Source: a virus (Duplodnaviria; Caudoviricetes). From it: a stretch of DNA of 42,358 nt. Location of the stretch: the IMG/VR virus record IMGVR_UViG_3300048606_000151, positions 1 to 42,358 of that record. One strand, given 5' to 3'. The translations under genes were made by a program, and so were the position numbers. Below are positions 26,686 through 36,131 of this stretch, in pieces. Below the pieces are notes generated by a model. The model made no database searches. It was given only the letters and a program-made list of their open reading frames with translations, and was not told the DNA's origin. How positions within the stretch are numbered: the stretch's first letter is position 1; every line of letters begins with the position of its first letter.

Positions 26686-27357
26686 ATGGACCTCAGCCTT
26701 CCTGCGCAGATCGCGGGCATTTTGTCGTTCATCCTGGCGTACGTTGCCCGTAAGAAGACCAATAAGAAGTGGCTGCCTTGGGTCCTTGGGTTCGTCGCCG
26801 TGCTCTGCTTTGCATTCGGTTGGAAGTCTGGCAATCAGCGAAACACTGGCCAAAACGCAGCCACGCAAGGGAATAACTCTCCAGTTCAGAACGTCTCGGC
26901 GGTGTTATCTGGAACGGGCACTATCAATCAGACGGTGAATATTGGCCCCACAAAAGAGGATCTCAAAGAAATACTGGTTCAGAGGGCTATCACGGCAAAT
27001 CGGGAGCTGACCTCAAGATATACGAATGGATTCGGTTTGCTTGGTGTTGCGGATGGCAAAATTGTTTATGAACCACGCACGCGGAATTTTTCAATAACCG
27101 CGGACTGGGATCATGCCACGCTGGAAATAATAAAGGGAAATTTTGCCCGGCTTTATCTTCCGGGTTTTGGGTTCCAATCAGCCCATGGAAATGCTGGTTC
27201 AAACAACACTTTGAGAATTGAATGTCGGTTCAAGGAAGGTGCGCCGAGTGGGCCTTTTGACTTTGCCCCTTGGGATCCATCTTTGCCGCGTATTTATCTC
27301 GAAGTGCTTGATAAAAAGGAGAAAATATTTGTACTTGGCTTCCGGGACGCTGAGTGA
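26686..27357 (+). CDS. Membrane-anchored accessory protein (moron)
   Basis: Two N-terminal TM segments; lower GC; opposite strand; TTGACA-17-AATGGT upstream (26650-26678); the 5' part of the 621-aa ORF is scaffold antisense. Confidence 0.7.
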   Translation: MDLSLPAQIAGILSFILAYVARKKTNKKWLPWVLGFVAVLCFAFGWKSGNQRNTGQNAATQGNNSPVQNVSAVLSGTGTINQTVNIGPTKEDLKEILVQRAITANRELTSRYTNGFGLLGVADGKIVYEPRTRNFSITADWDHATLEIIKGNFARLYLPGFGFQSAHGNAGSNNTLRIECRFKEGAPSGPFDFAPWDPSLPRIYLEVLDKKEKIFVLGFRDAE

Positions 27358-27389
27358 CTTGCTTCAGCGTCTCCCATCATTCAACTGAT

Positions 27390-27758
27390 TCAGCGCCAGT
27401 AAATCACCATGCCGTTGAAAGGCAGGCCGTGTGTCTTCCCGAACCATTCGCGCATCTCGTCGGCATTTGAAAAACCATCGTCGTGAGCGAACACGTCCTG
27501 ACGGGAGGCAGTCAGCCATTCGCCGTCAATGGACAAGATCCCGAAAAGGTCCAGATGGATGGCCGCGACGCGTTTGATGACCGCTTGCCGCAACTCACGC
27601 TGCTTGCTTCGGTAGGGTTTGCTGGTCCACTCGCGGAGCGATAACGGGTCTCCTGGTTCTGGTCGGCGCTTGCGAAAGGGGCGAACAGTTTGCAGTTTCT
27701 CGCCCGCCTTCACCTTGGGCGCAAAGCGTGGTTGGAAGAGGAAGGTCCGCGTGGGCAT
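27390..27758 (-). CDS. ASCH/PUA-like domain protein
   Basis: FQPRFAPKVKAGEKLQTVR...GDPL...FAHDDGF...IYW. Confidence 0.75.
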   Translation of the reverse strand: MPTRTFLFQPRFAPKVKAGEKLQTVRPFRKRRPEPGDPLSLREWTSKPYRSKQRELRQAVIKRVAAIHLDLFGILSIDGEWLTASRQDVFAHDDGFSNADEMREWFGKTHGLPFNGMVIYWR

Positions 27759-28047
27759 GGTGGAAGAGTGGACCAAATCTCCGGCAGTATCGAGCGAATT
27801 GTTTACCGTAATTTTTCGCAATTTACTGTTGCGTGACGGTCAAGTGCGAGGAAGTCTCGTGAGGAATAGAAAAGGCCGGCTGCGGATCAACGCAGACGGC
27901 CACTACGATTTTAGCCGCATCTGACGAGAACTCAGGTGTGGAACGTGGGTTCGGTCAGGATTGGCGTTTTCAACGCATGGGCACAATCCTCTAACAAGTC
28001 CAACCGCGTCAAGTCAGTTCTCAAAACCTTCAACGAAAGGCATCGCT

Positions 28048-28206
28048 ATGAAAGTAGCTCCTTGTCACTCGGTGAAGCAGACCGTGCATCACGACAACGA
28101 TAAATGCACGGAGCGCAATAATATCGAGAGCGAGAACTTGCGCCAAGGCACGGGCGGGAAACCGCTTTGCCAACGCTGCGTCGAGTTGAACAGCCAAGGC
28201 AAGTAA
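28048..28206 (+). CDS. 52-aa Cys/His-rich peptide, probable metal binding
   Basis: MKVAPCHS...HHDNDKC...GTGGKPLCQRC; AAGG upstream of ATG 28048. Confidence 0.65.
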   Translation: MKVAPCHSVKQTVHHDNDKCTERNNIESENLRQGTGGKPLCQRCVELNSQGK

Positions 28207-28213
28207 GCCTTGG

Positions 28214-28513
28214 TCAACCCTTGGTGGGAACGAAGGTCAATTCCCACCAAGGGCCTGTTGGCTCGTCATCCAAAACGGGCCACACTCGCCGCAATCCTGC
28301 GACTTTCAATCCCGCTTGCATTGCAGCGGACAAAGCGCGAAACCCTTCTGCCTTGCCACCGTGAAAGCGCACAGTTGGTTCATGGTAGGCATGACCGCGA
28401 CCTCCTTGGCACGATTCAAAAGTCTCGATTCCAGCTTCGACTAAAACGTGGACAGCCTTTTCAATTCCCTTGTCTAGGGGTGAGTCAAATTTTCGTTTTG
28501 TCGGTTTGTTCAT
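28214..28513 (-). CDS. Hypothetical protein
   Basis: LDKGIEKAVHVLVEAGIETFESCQGGRGH motif. Confidence 0.65.
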   Translation of the reverse strand: MNKPTKRKFDSPLDKGIEKAVHVLVEAGIETFESCQGGRGHAYHEPTVRFHGGKAEGFRALSAAMQAGLKVAGLRRVWPVLDDEPTGPWWELTFVPTKG

Positions 28514-28570
28514 GCTGCATCCGGATTTCAGCAAAGGCTGCGCCAATATACCGCCAGTGGCTCGTGCAAC

Positions 28571-28939
28571 TCATCGGTCGAATCGGCTCACGTGCTCGAT
28601 CGTCGTGTATTTGCTCAGCATCGCCAGCACGCTTTCCATGTTGTCCGCGATCCGGTGCGCGCCGTCTCGAAAAGCGTAGATCATTCCCGCCGTCAGCCGA
28701 ATTGCTTCGTTGCGGTCCTCGGTTGAGGGATAATCCTTGGCCGGCGCTTTGATTCGAAGGCTTTGCCCGTCCATTTTCGCGCAGCTCCAGGTTGGGTCGA
28801 TTCCGTTGAGCCATTCCCCGTGCGTCTTGGATTGCAGCAGCGCGATGCCGGCGATGTCGTGCTTCTTCAGCACCGCCACGATTTCAGCCATCGCCTCTTT
28901 CAGCTTCGGGTCGCTCGGTTCCTGGGGTAGTTTGACCAT
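28571..28939 (-). CDS. Hypothetical phage protein
   Basis: DPKLKEAMAEIVAVLKKHDIAG; 122 aa. Confidence 0.7.
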   Translation of the reverse strand: MVKLPQEPSDPKLKEAMAEIVAVLKKHDIAGIALLQSKTHGEWLNGIDPTWSCAKMDGQSLRIKAPAKDYPSTEDRNEAIRLTAGMIYAFRDGAHRIADNMESVLAMLSKYTTIEHVSRFDR

Positions 28940-28942
28940 AAT

Positions 28943-29644
28943 TCACTTATCCGGTTCGAATCGAATCGAGATTGTGTTTGTGCCGGGGCCGTTGGTAGCC
29001 GAATTGTTTGGGTAATGGATCTCCTTCAGGAGCATGGCGGGTTCGATCGAGAAGCCGCGATTCACCAGCACTTCATTCGTGCTATTCACTCCTCTCAGGT
29101 TCCACGCTTGTCTCATCAACGCAATGACCTCGTGTTTATCATTCAGAATCGGTCCCCCCGAGTAGCCGGGACGACCAACACCCCGGAACTCGAGGAAATC
29201 GACACTTACGCCATCGTTTAGCACGACTCCTGTTGCTGAAACTACTGTTCCGGAGCCATGCAGAGAATTGCTTTGGGTATTCCAACCGATGTAGCCTATT
29301 GCATCGCCAGGTCGGATTCGTCGAAAATCGCCATACGGGAGCGGCGTAAGGACGTTTGTGGAGTCAATGCGCAAGATGGCGAGGTCACGTTCTGGAAGTG
29401 TCTTTTCAAGAATCAGCGGTTCACGCCTGGTATTGCCCTGATAATAGAAACGCAGTGACTGTGTCTGCGCGGAGACAACGTGCGCACAGGTAATGATGTT
29501 GGAGCTGCTGATTGCGAAGCCAGTCCCTAGGATGACTGCATTCGTAGCGCGGATGATGCCGAATGAATTGTCGGGAAGTCCCAGGTTGTTGGCGCAGTGT
29601 CCAAGTCCAGCGCTGAGCATTGTCATTAAGAAGCTTCGCCACAT
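28943..29644 (-). CDS. Exported trypsin-like serine protease (accessory)
   Basis: GTGF, TCAHV, DLAIL, GYSGGP catalytic motifs; signal-like N-terminus; lower GC. Confidence 0.88.
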   Translation of the reverse strand: MWRSFLMTMLSAGLGHCANNLGLPDNSFGIIRATNAVILGTGFAISSSNIITCAHVVSAQTQSLRFYYQGNTRREPLILEKTLPERDLAILRIDSTNVLTPLPYGDFRRIRPGDAIGYIGWNTQSNSLHGSGTVVSATGVVLNDGVSVDFLEFRGVGRPGYSGGPILNDKHEVIALMRQAWNLRGVNSTNEVLVNRGFSIEPAMLLKEIHYPNNSATNGPGTNTISIRFEPDK

Positions 29645-29649
29645 AGGGT

Positions 29650-29781
29650 CTAGCCTTTCACCGACAGTGGTTGGGTTTTGATTTCATAGTCGCCGGGAGT
29701 GCGGACGATCACCTTCCTGCCGGACTTGGTCGGGTGCGTGTAAAAGCTGTTCAACTTGCTGTCGAATTCCAAGAATTGCAT
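29650..29781 (-). CDS. 43-aa hypothetical peptide (not in ORF track)
   Basis: Hand translation MQFLEFDSKLNSFYTHPTKSGRKVIVRTPGDYEIKTQPLSVKG; fills the gap with 5-6 nt spacers. Confidence 0.45.
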   Translation of the reverse strand: MQFLEFDSKLNSFYTHPTKSGRKVIVRTPGDYEIKTQPLSVKG

Positions 29782-29787
29782 GGATAT

Positions 29788-30066
29788 CTACGTCTTCTCT
29801 TCCTTCGGCGGCGGCTCCACCATGATTTTCAGTCGCGCTTCCAGTTCATCGATTGCGTCCACGCTGCCCAGGCAATGGGCCAGCACGCCGTGATCGTTGG
29901 CGCTGGCCACGCCGCTGCCCTGGGTCAGCCGAGTGGAGCGCACATCGGCGAGCAAGGCAAGCAGGGAAGGAAAGCGCGGGTCCTCGCTCAGTGACCACAT
30001 GTCGCGTTCGATTTCTTCGCCTGACTTTTCATCGGCCTGGTGTCGTAGTTGGTTCCATTTCGTCAT
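29788..30066 (-). CDS. Small helical protein of the portal-scaffold region
   Basis: ATGA-coupled start MTKWNQL; HGVLAHCLGSVDAIDEL. Confidence 0.6.
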   Translation of the reverse strand: MTKWNQLRHQADEKSGEEIERDMWSLSEDPRFPSLLALLADVRSTRLTQGSGVASANDHGVLAHCLGSVDAIDELEARLKIMVEPPPKEEKT

Positions 30067-30470
30067 TGTTGTTCTCCTTTCACCCAAACATTTCCGTGAT
30101 CGCAGTCCGGGCACTTCCACAGGATCTTTTCCGGACGGGGTTGCATCATCAGGTTCACACGCTGCCGGCACGGGTCAGCACCGTAGGGTTGATGACCGCA
30201 CTGGAGGGCCACTGGCGCGAAACCGTTGGGATGAAGCACGGCGTCCGGTTTCGCCGTGTAGTTGTAGGTCCATCGACGAAGTTTCGGATCGTATGTCAAT
30301 TGGTGGCCGCGGTCTCTCAGGAAGCGCAGGTCCCGGATGATCGTTTTGTGGCAGACGCCCAGTTGCTTCGCCAGTACGTCGGCACTTTGAAAACTCCCCA
30401 TCGCGGCCAGGGCGACGATTTCCGCCATTCGGCCGATGGCCACCCGAGAACTGCCCATCGTGGCCGTCAT
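30063..30470 (-). CDS. HTH domain protein with C-terminal zinc-ribbon-like motif
   Basis: SADVLAKQLGVCHKTIIRDLRFL; CGH...C...CPDC. Confidence 0.75.
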   Translation of the reverse strand: MTATMGSSRVAIGRMAEIVALAAMGSFQSADVLAKQLGVCHKTIIRDLRFLRDRGHQLTYDPKLRRWTYNYTAKPDAVLHPNGFAPVALQCGHQPYGADPCRQRVNLMMQPRPEKILWKCPDCDHGNVWVKGEQQ

Positions 30471-30745
30471 GGCGTGACTTTCTTGGCGCTCACACCTTGG
30501 GAGAGCGAAAGTTTGCTGGCCTCATCGGCGATCAGATCACGCGCCTCATCGATCGCCACGGCTCGGTCTTCACTTTGGGTGCCTCTGGACATATCATGCA
30601 CGAGTTGTGCGGCGTGGCGCAGCGCGTCGGCTTGGATTTGTTTGATCAGATTTTCGGTTTCGTTTCCAGGTGGGTTGCTGCCGGCGAACGCCGAAAGCAT
30701 CACGGTCTCGCCCACTCGGTTGAGCCAATCCGCTGCTGTTTTCAT
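30467..30745 (-). CDS. Hypothetical protein
   Basis: 92 aa, coupled to downstream gene. Confidence 0.55.
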   Translation of the reverse strand: MKTAADWLNRVGETVMLSAFAGSNPPGNETENLIKQIQADALRHAAQLVHDMSRGTQSEDRAVAIDEARDLIADEASKLSLSQGVSAKKVTP

Positions 30746-30753
30746 GGTCTCTT

Positions 30754-32805
30754 TTATGCGCCTAAACGGCCAATCATCGGATTCACCGTCCTCTGCTGGA
30801 TCTGGAAGTTGAGTTGCTTGCGCCGTTTGTCGATCACCTCCTTGATCCGCTCGTTGGATTGGTACGCCTGGGCCGCCATCGGGTTGGTTTGCAGGATTTG
30901 ATCGAGAACCTTCATGCGGAGCTGATACGCCTGGCCGTCGGGCTTCACGTCTTCGTCCAGACCGGTCATCATCCGAGCAAACACGGTCTTTTCATCGTCC
31001 ACCTCGCGTTGTGACGCGCTTTCCATCGGCTGCAGGAGCCGTTCGCCCAGGTTCGGATCGAGATACTCGAAAATCACCGTCATCAACTCCGTGCGATCCA
31101 CCACGCCGTTGACGTCGGCACCCAGCAGCTTCAAAAGCAGGTCGAGTTTGGCCTGCAACATCTCCGGATCCTGATTCAGCACGTTCCAGTTCAGGTTGAT
31201 GTCGAATTTGCCCTGAATGTCCGTGCGCGAGGCGTGTAACGGCTGCGCCTTGGCGCTTCCCACCACGCGGAACCAGAATTCATCGGGCATGAACTGCTGG
31301 CAGAGCGCGAACATCTGGGAAATCGCCTCGCGCCAGCGTTTCAGCCAGCGGCTGACCATCCGTTGCTTTCGCGAGAGCGGGTAGTTGGGGTCGCGCCCTT
31401 CCACGAGCCGGCCGAAGTACTGGTCGGCCATCGCCCGCACGCTCACTTCCACTTCGCGGCTGCCGGGATCGTATTTTGGGATCTCGGCAAAGCCGTATTC
31501 GTTGGGACGGATGTAGGGCACGCGCACGGCCGGGCCCCACCGTGTCGGCGCGCGGCCGACCGGATGCATGAGCGGCGGAATCGTGGCGATGCTGGCGCGG
31601 TCCACGCGCGAGTCCCATTCCACCTTCACTTGTTGCTGGAGCGTGAAGGCCACTTCGCCATAACCGCGGGAACTGTCCAGGCGCCGGTTGATCCGCTCCC
31701 GTGGGAAGGCCACGAAGGGATATTTCCCGTGCGCGTAGTTGAGGAGATCGCGCAGGCCGCTGAAATCCTTCCCTTTGGAGTCGGCCAGCAGGTGTGGGCT
31801 GTACACGGTGTAGTAAATCCCTGGCACACCGTCCGGACCGCACCGCTTTTCGAAGGTGTGGATCACTTCGTAGAGTTCCTTCACGTCCAGACCGCTGAAA
31901 GTTTGCCGGTCCGCACTCGAAACCGTGTGCGCCGTGTTGTAATTGAAGTTGCTGGCCTTCCCTTTGCACTTTTCGGCCACTTCCTTCGTCCATTCGACGC
32001 TCCATTCGTACGCGGTTTCGCCGTCTTCGAGCTGCGACTTGGTCAAGAACTCGCGGTAAAACAGCACGCGCGCCTTTTGCAAATCCGTCACGTCGGCCGG
32101 CGCGAAGAAATCCTCGCCCGGGCAGAGCGCCATGAACACCGGCCGGTTTTCGGCGAGGTATTGCTCGATGTATTCACTGGCACCGGTCTCGCGGAGCTCC
32201 TTCACCACGCGGCGCGCGTCCTTTAGCTTCAAATCGGGCACTGCCTCTTGCGCGAGAGCCACGGCATCGTCTTCGCGGTCCGGATCCTTGATGACTTCGA
32301 TCACTTCCGGCTTCAGCTCGTCGAGCTTCACCGGTTTGCGGGCCAGTTGGGTCTCGCGTTTCCAGAAAACGCCCAGCACACCCATGCCGCGTTCGCAAAT
32401 GTAATTGGCGAGCAGTTCGGATTCATCGTCCAGCTCGGGCATCTGCCCGAAAATCCAGCGAATGAAGTTGCTCACCTGGTTGCTTTTCTCCGCGTCGTTG
32501 CTTTCGGTTGGCACGGCCTGCAGGCGGGCGACGTCGAGCGCGACCAGGAGGGTGTCCACGTCCTCGTTGATGTAGGTGTCAATCAAGGGCACGCGAGCGT
32601 CGCTGGAATCGTCCCAGGGGAACGGTTCCTTGCCCAACCGTCCCTTGAGTTTGCGTCCGCTGGGATCCTGGCCGTGCCAGACGTTGTACCGTCCTTTCCA
32701 GTTGAGGTCCTGCCGTTCTCCCCAGGTATTGGGCCGGATAAGTGCGCTGGTGAATTCCTTGTTCAGTTCTGCGACCGGCGTGGGCTTGTCATTGTCGTAT
32801 TCCAT
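30754..32805 (-). CDS. Portal protein
   Basis: About 683 aa; PFPWDDSSDAR, YAHGKYPFVAFPRE...SRGYGE; RBS AAGGA before ATG 32805; synteny. Confidence 0.85.
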   Translation of the reverse strand: MEYDNDKPTPVAELNKEFTSALIRPNTWGERQDLNWKGRYNVWHGQDPSGRKLKGRLGKEPFPWDDSSDARVPLIDTYINEDVDTLLVALDVARLQAVPTESNDAEKSNQVSNFIRWIFGQMPELDDESELLANYICERGMGVLGVFWKRETQLARKPVKLDELKPEVIEVIKDPDREDDAVALAQEAVPDLKLKDARRVVKELRETGASEYIEQYLAENRPVFMALCPGEDFFAPADVTDLQKARVLFYREFLTKSQLEDGETAYEWSVEWTKEVAEKCKGKASNFNYNTAHTVSSADRQTFSGLDVKELYEVIHTFEKRCGPDGVPGIYYTVYSPHLLADSKGKDFSGLRDLLNYAHGKYPFVAFPRERINRRLDSSRGYGEVAFTLQQQVKVEWDSRVDRASIATIPPLMHPVGRAPTRWGPAVRVPYIRPNEYGFAEIPKYDPGSREVEVSVRAMADQYFGRLVEGRDPNYPLSRKQRMVSRWLKRWREAISQMFALCQQFMPDEFWFRVVGSAKAQPLHASRTDIQGKFDINLNWNVLNQDPEMLQAKLDLLLKLLGADVNGVVDRTELMTVIFEYLDPNLGERLLQPMESASQREVDDEKTVFARMMTGLDEDVKPDGQAYQLRMKVLDQILQTNPMAAQAYQSNERIKEVIDKRRKQLNFQIQQRTVNPMIGRLGA

Positions 32806-32815
32806 AATTTTCCTT

Positions 32816-33031
32816 TTAGACCGCACTGAGGATTTTCTCCACCACCGCACGATAAGCCGTGGCATCGCGCGCCCAATCGCATCGGCTCCAGGGCTCGGCT
32901 TGCACGCGGAGCAACTGCACCCGGAGCATCCGGAGATCGAGGACCTCCACGGGCGTCAAGCTGAGCAGGACGCTTTCGCCTGGCTCACTTTCCCACTTTC
33001 TCGCGAACCCGCTTTCGGTTTCGGTTTTCAT
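32816..33031 (-). CDS. Hypothetical protein
   Basis: 71 aa, packed in operon. Confidence 0.5.
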   Translation of the reverse strand: MKTETESGFARKWESEPGESVLLSLTPVEVLDLRMLRVQLLRVQAEPWSRCDWARDATAYRAVVEKILSAV

Positions 33032-33035
33032 CTTC

Positions 33036-33227
33036 TCATTTGATCTGGAGTCCGATGAAATTGCGCACGCTCTCGCGGAAGTAACGCACCTCCCGGTGCA
33101 TCCTCATGGTTTTCAGCGTCCCCTCCTTGCGCAGCACGTCCAGCGCGTCGGGGCCGATGCCGGTGAGCTTCAGCACCTGTGCGCGCCGCAAGAGAAAAGG
33201 CAATCGTTCAAATTCCTGCACGGTCAT
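33036..33227 (-). CDS. Small winged-HTH (AlpA/Xis-like) protein
   Basis: LLRRAQVLKLTGIG...RYFRESV. Confidence 0.7.
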   Translation of the reverse strand: MTVQEFERLPFLLRRAQVLKLTGIGPDALDVLRKEGTLKTMRMHREVRYFRESVRNFIGLQIK

Positions 33228-33682
33228 GAGACAACAATTCCCTTCTCAATCCGGTCCTCGCTGAGTCGCTCGATCATGTCTTGCTTGGTTTCGATTTTCA
33301 GATGGAGGCTGTGCGCCAGTTTCTTGTAGATCGCATACCAGACCGAACTGGTTTCTCGGTCCGGATGCCGATAGCCAAGAATTTCTGCCGAGTGCATCAC
33401 GTGCGAAAACCAGTGCAGCGGATAGTGCCCAAGTTCGGAGGCCTTCCAGGTTGCCGGGTCGGGCGGTTTGGAAGTGAAGAAACTGCCCGGCTCGTAATCC
33501 ACCTCTCGCGGGTCGGCGGGATTCATGAATGCCGCGCGCAGCGCCGACACCAGCCGGCGTTCCAGCGAATCGAGCGGCAACTTCGGCGTCAAGTCGCACC
33601 CGCGGACACACGTCAAAAGCGTTCCCTGTTCCCGCTTGGGCAACGCCATCACCCATTCCTGCAACACGCTGTTGTGCATCAT
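33224..33682 (-). CDS. Conserved-looking hypothetical phage protein
   Basis: SVLQEWV...VRGCD...YPLHWFSHVMHSAEILGYRHP; ATGA-coupled start 33682. Confidence 0.7.
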   Translation of the reverse strand: MMHNSVLQEWVMALPKREQGTLLTCVRGCDLTPKLPLDSLERRLVSALRAAFMNPADPREVDYEPGSFFTSKPPDPATWKASELGHYPLHWFSHVMHSAEILGYRHPDRETSSVWYAIYKKLAHSLHLKIETKQDMIERLSEDRIEKGIVVS

Positions 33683-34086
33683 ATATCTAAATTGAATTCC
33701 GGATGTGCTTCGAAGTCGGCTTTGAAGAAGCCCAGTTTTCCACCGCATCGATGGAACTGCAGTGGCTTCGGGTTTCGAAACACGAACCCATTCGGTCCGG
33801 TGAACCAGGGATTGTCGGAGTGCGTGATGCAGTTGGTCATCTCCGCTTCGCCGACGATTCCGCCGCGTTCCAGCGAATCGAAAGGTGGCAGTGTGATCTC
33901 GGTGAAACCGCGAATGAAGATATCGCAGGCCTCGTACTCGGCCGGACTCATACGGATGCCGGCGTGGATCAGCACCGGCCCGCGGAAACTGCTTTGCCAG
34001 TCCCGGTTCTCGATCGGCTTGTGCCCCTGCACAATCAGCCAGGCCCAAGGCTGCCGGATCGACAGAGCTAGCGTCTCAATGGTCAT
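33679..34086 (-). CDS. ASCH domain protein
   Basis: ALSIRQPWAWLIVQGHKPIENRDW...RGPVLIHAG. Confidence 0.92.
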   Translation of the reverse strand: MTIETLALSIRQPWAWLIVQGHKPIENRDWQSSFRGPVLIHAGIRMSPAEYEACDIFIRGFTEITLPPFDSLERGGIVGEAEMTNCITHSDNPWFTGPNGFVFRNPKPLQFHRCGGKLGFFKADFEAHPEFNLDI

Positions 34087-34328
34087 GCTCGTCGTGGTAG
34101 AAGTTGGAGTGCCTTCTGTAGGCAGGCGATTTCGAAGATGGCTTCCTCATCGCGGATAACGCCGTCGGCTTCGGTGTGACTGAAGGCGCATGTCTCCATC
34201 TCGATGCGGATCTGCTTGCGCACTTCCTCCAAGGGCGGCTTCGCGATGGCATGTGCCAGGATGTAGGTTTTCCGTCGGAAGCCGGTTATCTTGATTTTTA
34301 TTTTCTTTGGCGTGGTTTTAGAATTCAT
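34083..34328 (-). CDS. Hypothetical protein
   Basis: 81 aa; start codon lies inside heptamer array E. Confidence 0.55.
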   Translation of the reverse strand: MNSKTTPKKIKIKITGFRRKTYILAHAIAKPPLEEVRKQIRIEMETCAFSHTEADGVIRDEEAIFEIACLQKALQLLPRRA

Positions 34329-34348
34329 CCTTTAGCCTTCAGCCTTGG
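34317..34348. repeat. Heptamer array E
   Basis: tttagaa ttcatcc tttagcc ttcagcc ttgg directly after the terL stop. Confidence 0.85.
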
Positions 34349-36127
34349 TTAGTACCCTCCTCCTCCCGTGCACGCCAGCGACTCATCATCCACGTATTTC
34401 AAATCGCCGGCGGCCATCATCCCCAGGCAATCGATGGGGTCTTTGCAGGCGCCCTTCTGTCCATCGCGGCCGGTCCAGTTCTGGAGGGCCCAGATCGTGT
34501 TGCGACAACGGCGGGCCACGTAGAGGCGCGGCTCGTTCATGAGCGGTTCGATGGGTTTCTCCGGGTCGTAGGCGAGCAGATCGTTGATCGCGGAAACTTT
34601 CTCTTCGATCTCGATCCCGCTGCCGGGCACGAACGGCATCGCCGGCGCGATCACGTTGCCTTGCCGGTCGAATTGTTCTTCATTCATCCGGTCTAGCAGG
34701 CAGGTGCCGCCATCGTCGTCGGCTTGCGTCTGCGCCGTCGCTGCGCGCGGATCGAGAATGCGCTGCAGGATGTGTTCGCCTGGTTCTCTCGCTGGCTGTT
34801 GAACAAAGGGGAAAGGGGGCAGAGGAGAAAGGGGGCTTGTCGTTCCCAGCAGCTCCTTTTCCCCCTTTCCCCACTGCTCCCTTTCTCCCCTGCCCTCCTC
34901 TCGCAGTAGCATCTTCTTATAGCCGGCTATGCCGTATCCCACGGAGCGCTGCGCCGGCCCCGGCGTGCCGTCGTAGCGCGTGTTTTCCTCGCTTGGGATG
35001 GCCCATTCTCCGAAACGCGCCACGTCCGGCCATTCGCGATACACGAAATGGCGGCCGAATGGATCGATCCGCAGCCAGATCGTGAACCAATTCCGTCTCC
35101 CGGCGGGATCCACGATGTTGTAGTTGGTTCCTTGAGCTGGGACAGCCTGGTCATCGATGATGTTGTGCGCGCCAAAGAGCGGGCACACGTCCCCAAAACT
35201 TTTCTCGGTGTAACCGTAGGCCCGCACCATGACGAATGCGCGGTCCTTGCCGGCGCACTCCTTCACGAGTTCCGGATAGTTGCCGTAGGGATTCATGTCC
35301 GAGTGAAAGAAGATCACGCGCCAGTTCGGGTCCACCGGTTCCATCACGTAAGGCATGTGCCCCTTCGGACCCTGGGTCACGTTCACCGTGTCGGGCAGGA
35401 GGTCGGCGCCGCGCCAGCGCGTCACGCGGCCGGCGTCGCAAATCTGTTTGATCGTCATGGTGTACCCCTGGATTGGGGTGAAGGTGACGATCATCTCGCC
35501 GCCGCGGGTGACGAGCCGGAACCCCAGCGTCTCGATCCAGCTCCACGGCACGAGCTCATCACACCACACCAGGTCCAGCTCCCAACCCTCGAGCACGTCG
35601 ATGTCCTGGGAATAATTGTAAAACCAGCACTGCGATCCGTTGGGGGCCACGAAGGTATTTTCCGTGAACCCGCCCTTGCGCGAGTATTTGAGATTTGCCA
35701 CCGGACCTTTGGCGGTGGCCAGCCATTCGGGCGGCAGATAATCGTGCACGTAAGGCTGCTGCAGCGCGACCGAGTTGGGGCCGGTGGTTTGCAGGCACAT
35801 GACGCGCGCCTCCGGTTTGGCTTCCATCACCTTCACCGCCCGGCGCGCCGCGTATTTGGATTTCGCGCTGCGGTTGCCGCCGAGCACGAGCAACCGTTTC
35901 GCCTGGGTCAGCAGATCGTCGGCATCTTTCCAGTGCGAGAGATACACGCCCCAGTGATACGGATCGGCCTTTTCCAGGCGGATCAATTCCTCGCGCTGGC
36001 GCAGCCATTCGAGGAAGGCGTCCACCCCGCCCATGCGCGTGATGAGGTCGCGGGCCTCTTCGGCCGTGCCCGGCAATTTCAGCACCGGATGCGGCGTCGG
36101 CTTAAAGCCTGCGAGGGTTTCGAGCAT
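34349..36127 (-). CDS. terL: Terminase large subunit
   Basis: Walker A-like GGNRSAKS, Walker B LVWCDE, TFTP coupling motif, nuclease IVDPAG...KDPIDC. Confidence 0.92.
   Translation of the reverse strand: MLETLAGFKPTPHPVLKLPGTAEEARDLITRMGGVDAFLEWLRQREELIRLEKADPYHWGVYLSHWKDADDLLTQAKRLLVLGGNRSAKSKYAARRAVKVMEAKPEARVMCLQTTGPNSVALQQPYVHDYLPPEWLATAKGPVANLKYSRKGGFTENTFVAPNGSQCWFYNYSQDIDVLEGWELDLVWCDELVPWSWIETLGFRLVTRGGEMIVTFTPIQGYTMTIKQICDAGRVTRWRGADLLPDTVNVTQGPKGHMPYVMEPVDPNWRVIFFHSDMNPYGNYPELVKECAGKDRAFVMVRAYGYTEKSFGDVCPLFGAHNIIDDQAVPAQGTNYNIVDPAGRRNWFTIWLRIDPFGRHFVYREWPDVARFGEWAIPSEENTRYDGTPGPAQRSVGYGIAGYKKMLLREEGRGEREQWGKGEKELLGTTSPLSPLPPFPFVQQPAREPGEHILQRILDPRAATAQTQADDDGGTCLLDRMNEEQFDRQGNVIAPAMPFVPGSGIEIEEKVSAINDLLAYDPEKPIEPLMNEPRLYVARRCRNTIWALQNWTGRDGQKGACKDPIDCLGMMAAGDLKYVDDESLACTGGGGY
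34805..34899. repeat. Inverted 8-mer array in frame within terL
   Basis: aaagggga aagggggc agaggaga aagggggc / gctccttt tccccctt tccccact gctccctt tctcccct gccctcct. Confidence 0.85.
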
Positions 36128-36131
36128 GGGA

